Assembly: GCA_047624025.1 (NCBI GenBank)
Contig: JBLHPB010000002.1
Span: 910 to 64,909, forward strand
Direction of reading: 5' to 3'
DNA length: 64,000 nt
From: Zhongshania sp.
GTDB lineage: Bacteria > Pseudomonadota > Gammaproteobacteria > Pseudomonadales > Spongiibacteraceae
Every line of letters starts with the position of its first letter. The first letter of the stretch is position 1. The translations under genes and the position numbers were made by a program. Of this stretch, positions 61,631 to 64,000 are shown piece after piece. A model generated the notes under the pieces. That model saw only the letters and a list, made by a program, of their open reading frames with translations. It had not been told where the DNA came from and searched no databases.

Positions 61631-61813
61631 CTATAGTCCGGCGACCGGCTTGATACCCTGCGCGTCGTGGCAGCCCAGACAGAGTTGCGGGTCGCCCACC
61701 CTATAGCCTTCCTCCTCGGCGTGAGCCGCCTGCGACAGCACCTGTAATAGCAAGACTATTGCCAACATGCGTAGCAATCCGGGTATACCGTAGCTGATTT
61801 TGTAGTAGCGCAT
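61631..61813 (-). pseudogene. Truncated periplasmic c-type cytochrome (first heme of a probable multiheme protein)
   Basis: Signal peptide ending AHA, then GY.VGDPQLCLGCHD (CxxCH) and a stop 11 codons after the His. Confidence 0.6.
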
Positions 61814-62077
61814 TACAAATTCCCTTCGCCAGAGCGAATCAGCTAACACGGTATTACCTAGTCGGGTCTGATGACAACCGGCGACGTGGTTAATATACCT
61901 TCAAAGGTCGGTCTTTCTGATTCAATGTGCATTCCAGCTCTCCATCATTCGGCATTACTCGCGCCCAGAGTTAAATGCTGCCGCGTGTCGATCCTTCTGT
62001 GCGCATCGCAGGCGGACAGCCGCACCAGTAAAAACTAAAGTGGGGCTGGTTTTATACGATCATAAAACATGAACCAT

Positions 62078-62392
62078 TCATAACTTTTTACGGATGTGCG
62101 TATAGCCCGTCTTGATTTCGTCGAGCAGCATTTCCCAGGCGCTGTCAATATTCGCGCCGGCTTCTTTCGCTGCGTCTGCGGCGGCATGTAATTTCGTCCT
62201 GCTGCTCACACGGACTTTTTCATTGAGGTCGTGCCACTTTGCCTCCAAATGTTCCCATTCATCCTTGAGCTCACTTTCTCCCAGCTTGATTTGTACGCGC
62301 AGCTCATCGCGCTCTTGCTTTATGTCGGCCAGCAAGGTGTCGAATCGAGATTGAGCCGGCTCGGTGCCGGGTGCATTACGGGGTATGTTCAT
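62078..62392 (-). CDS. Small coiled-coil hypothetical protein
   Basis: KQERDELRVQ.KLG..E.KDEW..LE.KW amphipathic helices; AGGAG RBS. Confidence 0.75.
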   Translation of the reverse strand: MNIPRNAPGTEPAQSRFDTLLADIKQERDELRVQIKLGESELKDEWEHLEAKWHDLNEKVRVSSRTKLHAAADAAKEAGANIDSAWEMLLDEIKTGYTHIRKKL

Positions 62393-62615
62393 TGGTAGCT
62401 CCTTTTCGCTTTTAAACTCAAGCGTAGTATTTTTTATGAGCTGCCGACTTGATTCGGATCAATCTTTTCACAGAAATCTATTAGCCAACATATCCAGCAC
62501 TAATCCCAGAGCTATCAAGCCGCCAAAGCGCCGTGTATACCAGAGCGCGGCTGCGACCATATACAGCGGCCAGGCATTAGTGGCCATTCCGGGCGGGGGC
62601 TCTTGTGGTCGCGGC

Positions 62616-63353
62616 TTAGCGCATGGCTTGTGCGAGCATCTTGCGGCGCAGGTAGGCAATCTGAGTCATCAGCGGAAGGTCCTTGGGGCACAGGTCATTG
62701 CATCCGAGCAGACTCATACAGCCGAAGACGCCATTCTCATCACCAATCAGTTCGAAGTAATCCGCATCATCGCGGATATCTCTGGGGTCGAGGCGAAAGC
62801 GCGCGATTTTATTCAAACCCACAGCGCCGATGAACTGATCGTTCATTTGAGCACGACCACAGGCACCAATGCAGCAACCACATTCAATGCAGCGGTCCAG
62901 CTCATAAATTTGTTCAGCCAGTTCCGGCTCCATGCGCTCTTCCAGATGATCCAGATCAGGATTGTCGTATTCGGCATGCAGCCAGGCCTGCAGGTGTTCG
63001 CTCATGCCACGCATCCATTTTCCCGTGTCGACGGACAGGTCGGCGATCAGCTCGAAACCGGGCAGAGGTGCCAGTGAGATTCTGTCCGGAAGGTCCCGCG
63101 TCAGGGTGTGGCAGGCCAGCCCGGGCCGACCGTTAATAAGCATGCCACAGCTGCCACAGATACCGGCGCGGCAAACAAAATCAAATTGCAGCGAAGGGTC
63201 TTGGGTTTCCTGTAGTTCAGCCAGCGCAATAAACAGGGTCATACTGTCTGCTTCCTGCAGGCTGAAGTCCTGCAGGCGTGGCGCAGTCTCCGGATCCTGC
63301 GGGTTGTAGCGCAAAATGGTGAAAGTGAGATCTCGGGGAGTCCCAGTGTCCAC
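62616..63353 (-). CDS. frdB: Fumarate reductase iron-sulfur subunit (Wolinella-type)
   Basis: CRAGICGSCG...LAC, DLSVDTG, CIECGCC..AC, GCMSLLGCNDLCPK. Confidence 0.93.
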   Translation of the reverse strand: MDTGTPRDLTFTILRYNPQDPETAPRLQDFSLQEADSMTLFIALAELQETQDPSLQFDFVCRAGICGSCGMLINGRPGLACHTLTRDLPDRISLAPLPGFELIADLSVDTGKWMRGMSEHLQAWLHAEYDNPDLDHLEERMEPELAEQIYELDRCIECGCCIGACGRAQMNDQFIGAVGLNKIARFRLDPRDIRDDADYFELIGDENGVFGCMSLLGCNDLCPKDLPLMTQIAYLRRKMLAQAMR

Positions 63354-63355
63354 GT

Positions 63356-64000
63356 TTATTCCTCTGTCAGTCTTTCGTTGTCACCACGAAATTGTGGGGG
63401 TAGTAAATTAAGATAGGCGGCTTCCACGTGCTGCCCTTGCCCAATTTCAATTTCACGCCGGGCGGTATCCGGATGCACGATGTGATTTTTATCACCGTAA
63501 CCTCGCCAGCCAGGTGGCAGTTCCATCTTCATGATGTTGAGTGTTTCGTAGCTGATATCAGGCAGCGTGGCATTGTCATCTGGCCAGCGCGCAAGGGTTC
63601 GTTTGAGCCAACTGGCATCATCGCGGCGCGGGAAGTCTGCGCGGAAATGCGCGCCGCGGCTTTCAGTGCGCAGTAACGCACCGTAGGCGATAGTCTGAGC
63701 AAGTTTGAGCATGCGTCGTACGCGGTAGGCCGCCACCAGTTCTGGATTGGCGCCTCTGGCCGCGTAATGCACCGCTATGTTGTGGCTGCGTCGAATTAAT
63801 ACGGCTAGTTCATCTACGGCCTGTTGCAGCGAGTCGCCACTGCGGAAGATGCCCACATGGCGTGTCATGATGTCCTGCATTGCTACGCGTAGCTTGTTGG
63901 CATCTTCGTGGCCGTGACCATTGAAAAATGTATCCAGACGCAACTGCTCCCGTTTCAGAAACTCGTTGACGAGCGAAGTGGGAAAGTCCACATCTTCAGC
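63356..64000 (-). CDS. frdA: Fumarate reductase flavoprotein subunit, C-terminal part (5' end outside the window)
   Basis: VGIFR, ANPEL, ALLRTESRGAHFRADFP.RDD..WLKRTL, MELPPGWRGYG. Confidence 0.92.
   Translation of the reverse strand, partial: AEDVDFPTSLVNEFLKREQLRLDTFFNGHGHEDANKLRVAMQDIMTRHVGIFRSGDSLQQAVDELAVLIRRSHNIAVHYAARGANPELVAAYRVRRMLKLAQTIAYGALLRTESRGAHFRADFPRRDDASWLKRTLARWPDDNATLPDISYETLNIMKMELPPGWRGYGDKNHIVHPDTARREIEIGQGQHVEAAYLNLLPPQFRGDNERLTEE

Larger units (their letters stand above)
60560..64000. mobile_element. Putative tRNA-anchored genomic island, left end only
   Basis: Starts at the tRNA fragment; flanking imperfect inverted repeat; GC-richer cargo by eye; gene fragments. 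No integrase within the window. Confidence 0.6.

Noticed and set aside
62364-63077. 237-aa + strand ORF and similar long antisense ORFs across the window
   Set aside because: Shadows of well-supported genes on the opposite strand, with no motifs of their own.
1-64000. CRISPR array, integron cassette array or intact IS
   Set aside because: No regularly spaced repeats, attC series or transposase ORF detected by reading.

Overview
Chromosomal window from a marine-type gammaproteobacterium; gene content and order suggest a Cellvibrionales/Spongiibacteraceae-like organism (inference). From left to right it holds an acyl-CoA beta-oxidation cluster, an atypical class A PBP, an RND efflux pair, ppnP, a carboxylesterase and a lipoprotein neutral ceramidase. 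Next is a divergent RimK-like ATP-grasp / GNAT-papain-peptidase / QEGLA (DUF1704) metallopeptidase locus with a frameshifted EAL-domain remnant just downstream. It is followed by rsmE-rimO, a truncated ybaK and the conserved mtaD-ubiG-mupP-yciK and gyrA-serC-pheA-hisC-tyrA-aroA-cmk-rpsA-ihfB-lapA-lapB-pyrF block. After that come a DHH/SLC13 pair, a TonB-dependent receptor and a LysR/oxidoreductase pair. At ~60.5 kb a tRNA-Asn-type 3' fragment with a foreign CAT anticodon loop marks the likely edge of an integrated island. The island carries a hemerythrin-fold gene with an FNR-like box, a truncated c-type cytochrome and a Wolinella-type frdAB. The best candidate for an undescribed system is the ligase / acetyltransferase-peptidase / carboxypeptidase module at 18.4-22.9 kb. 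All calls rest on motif recognition by eye; no searches were run.
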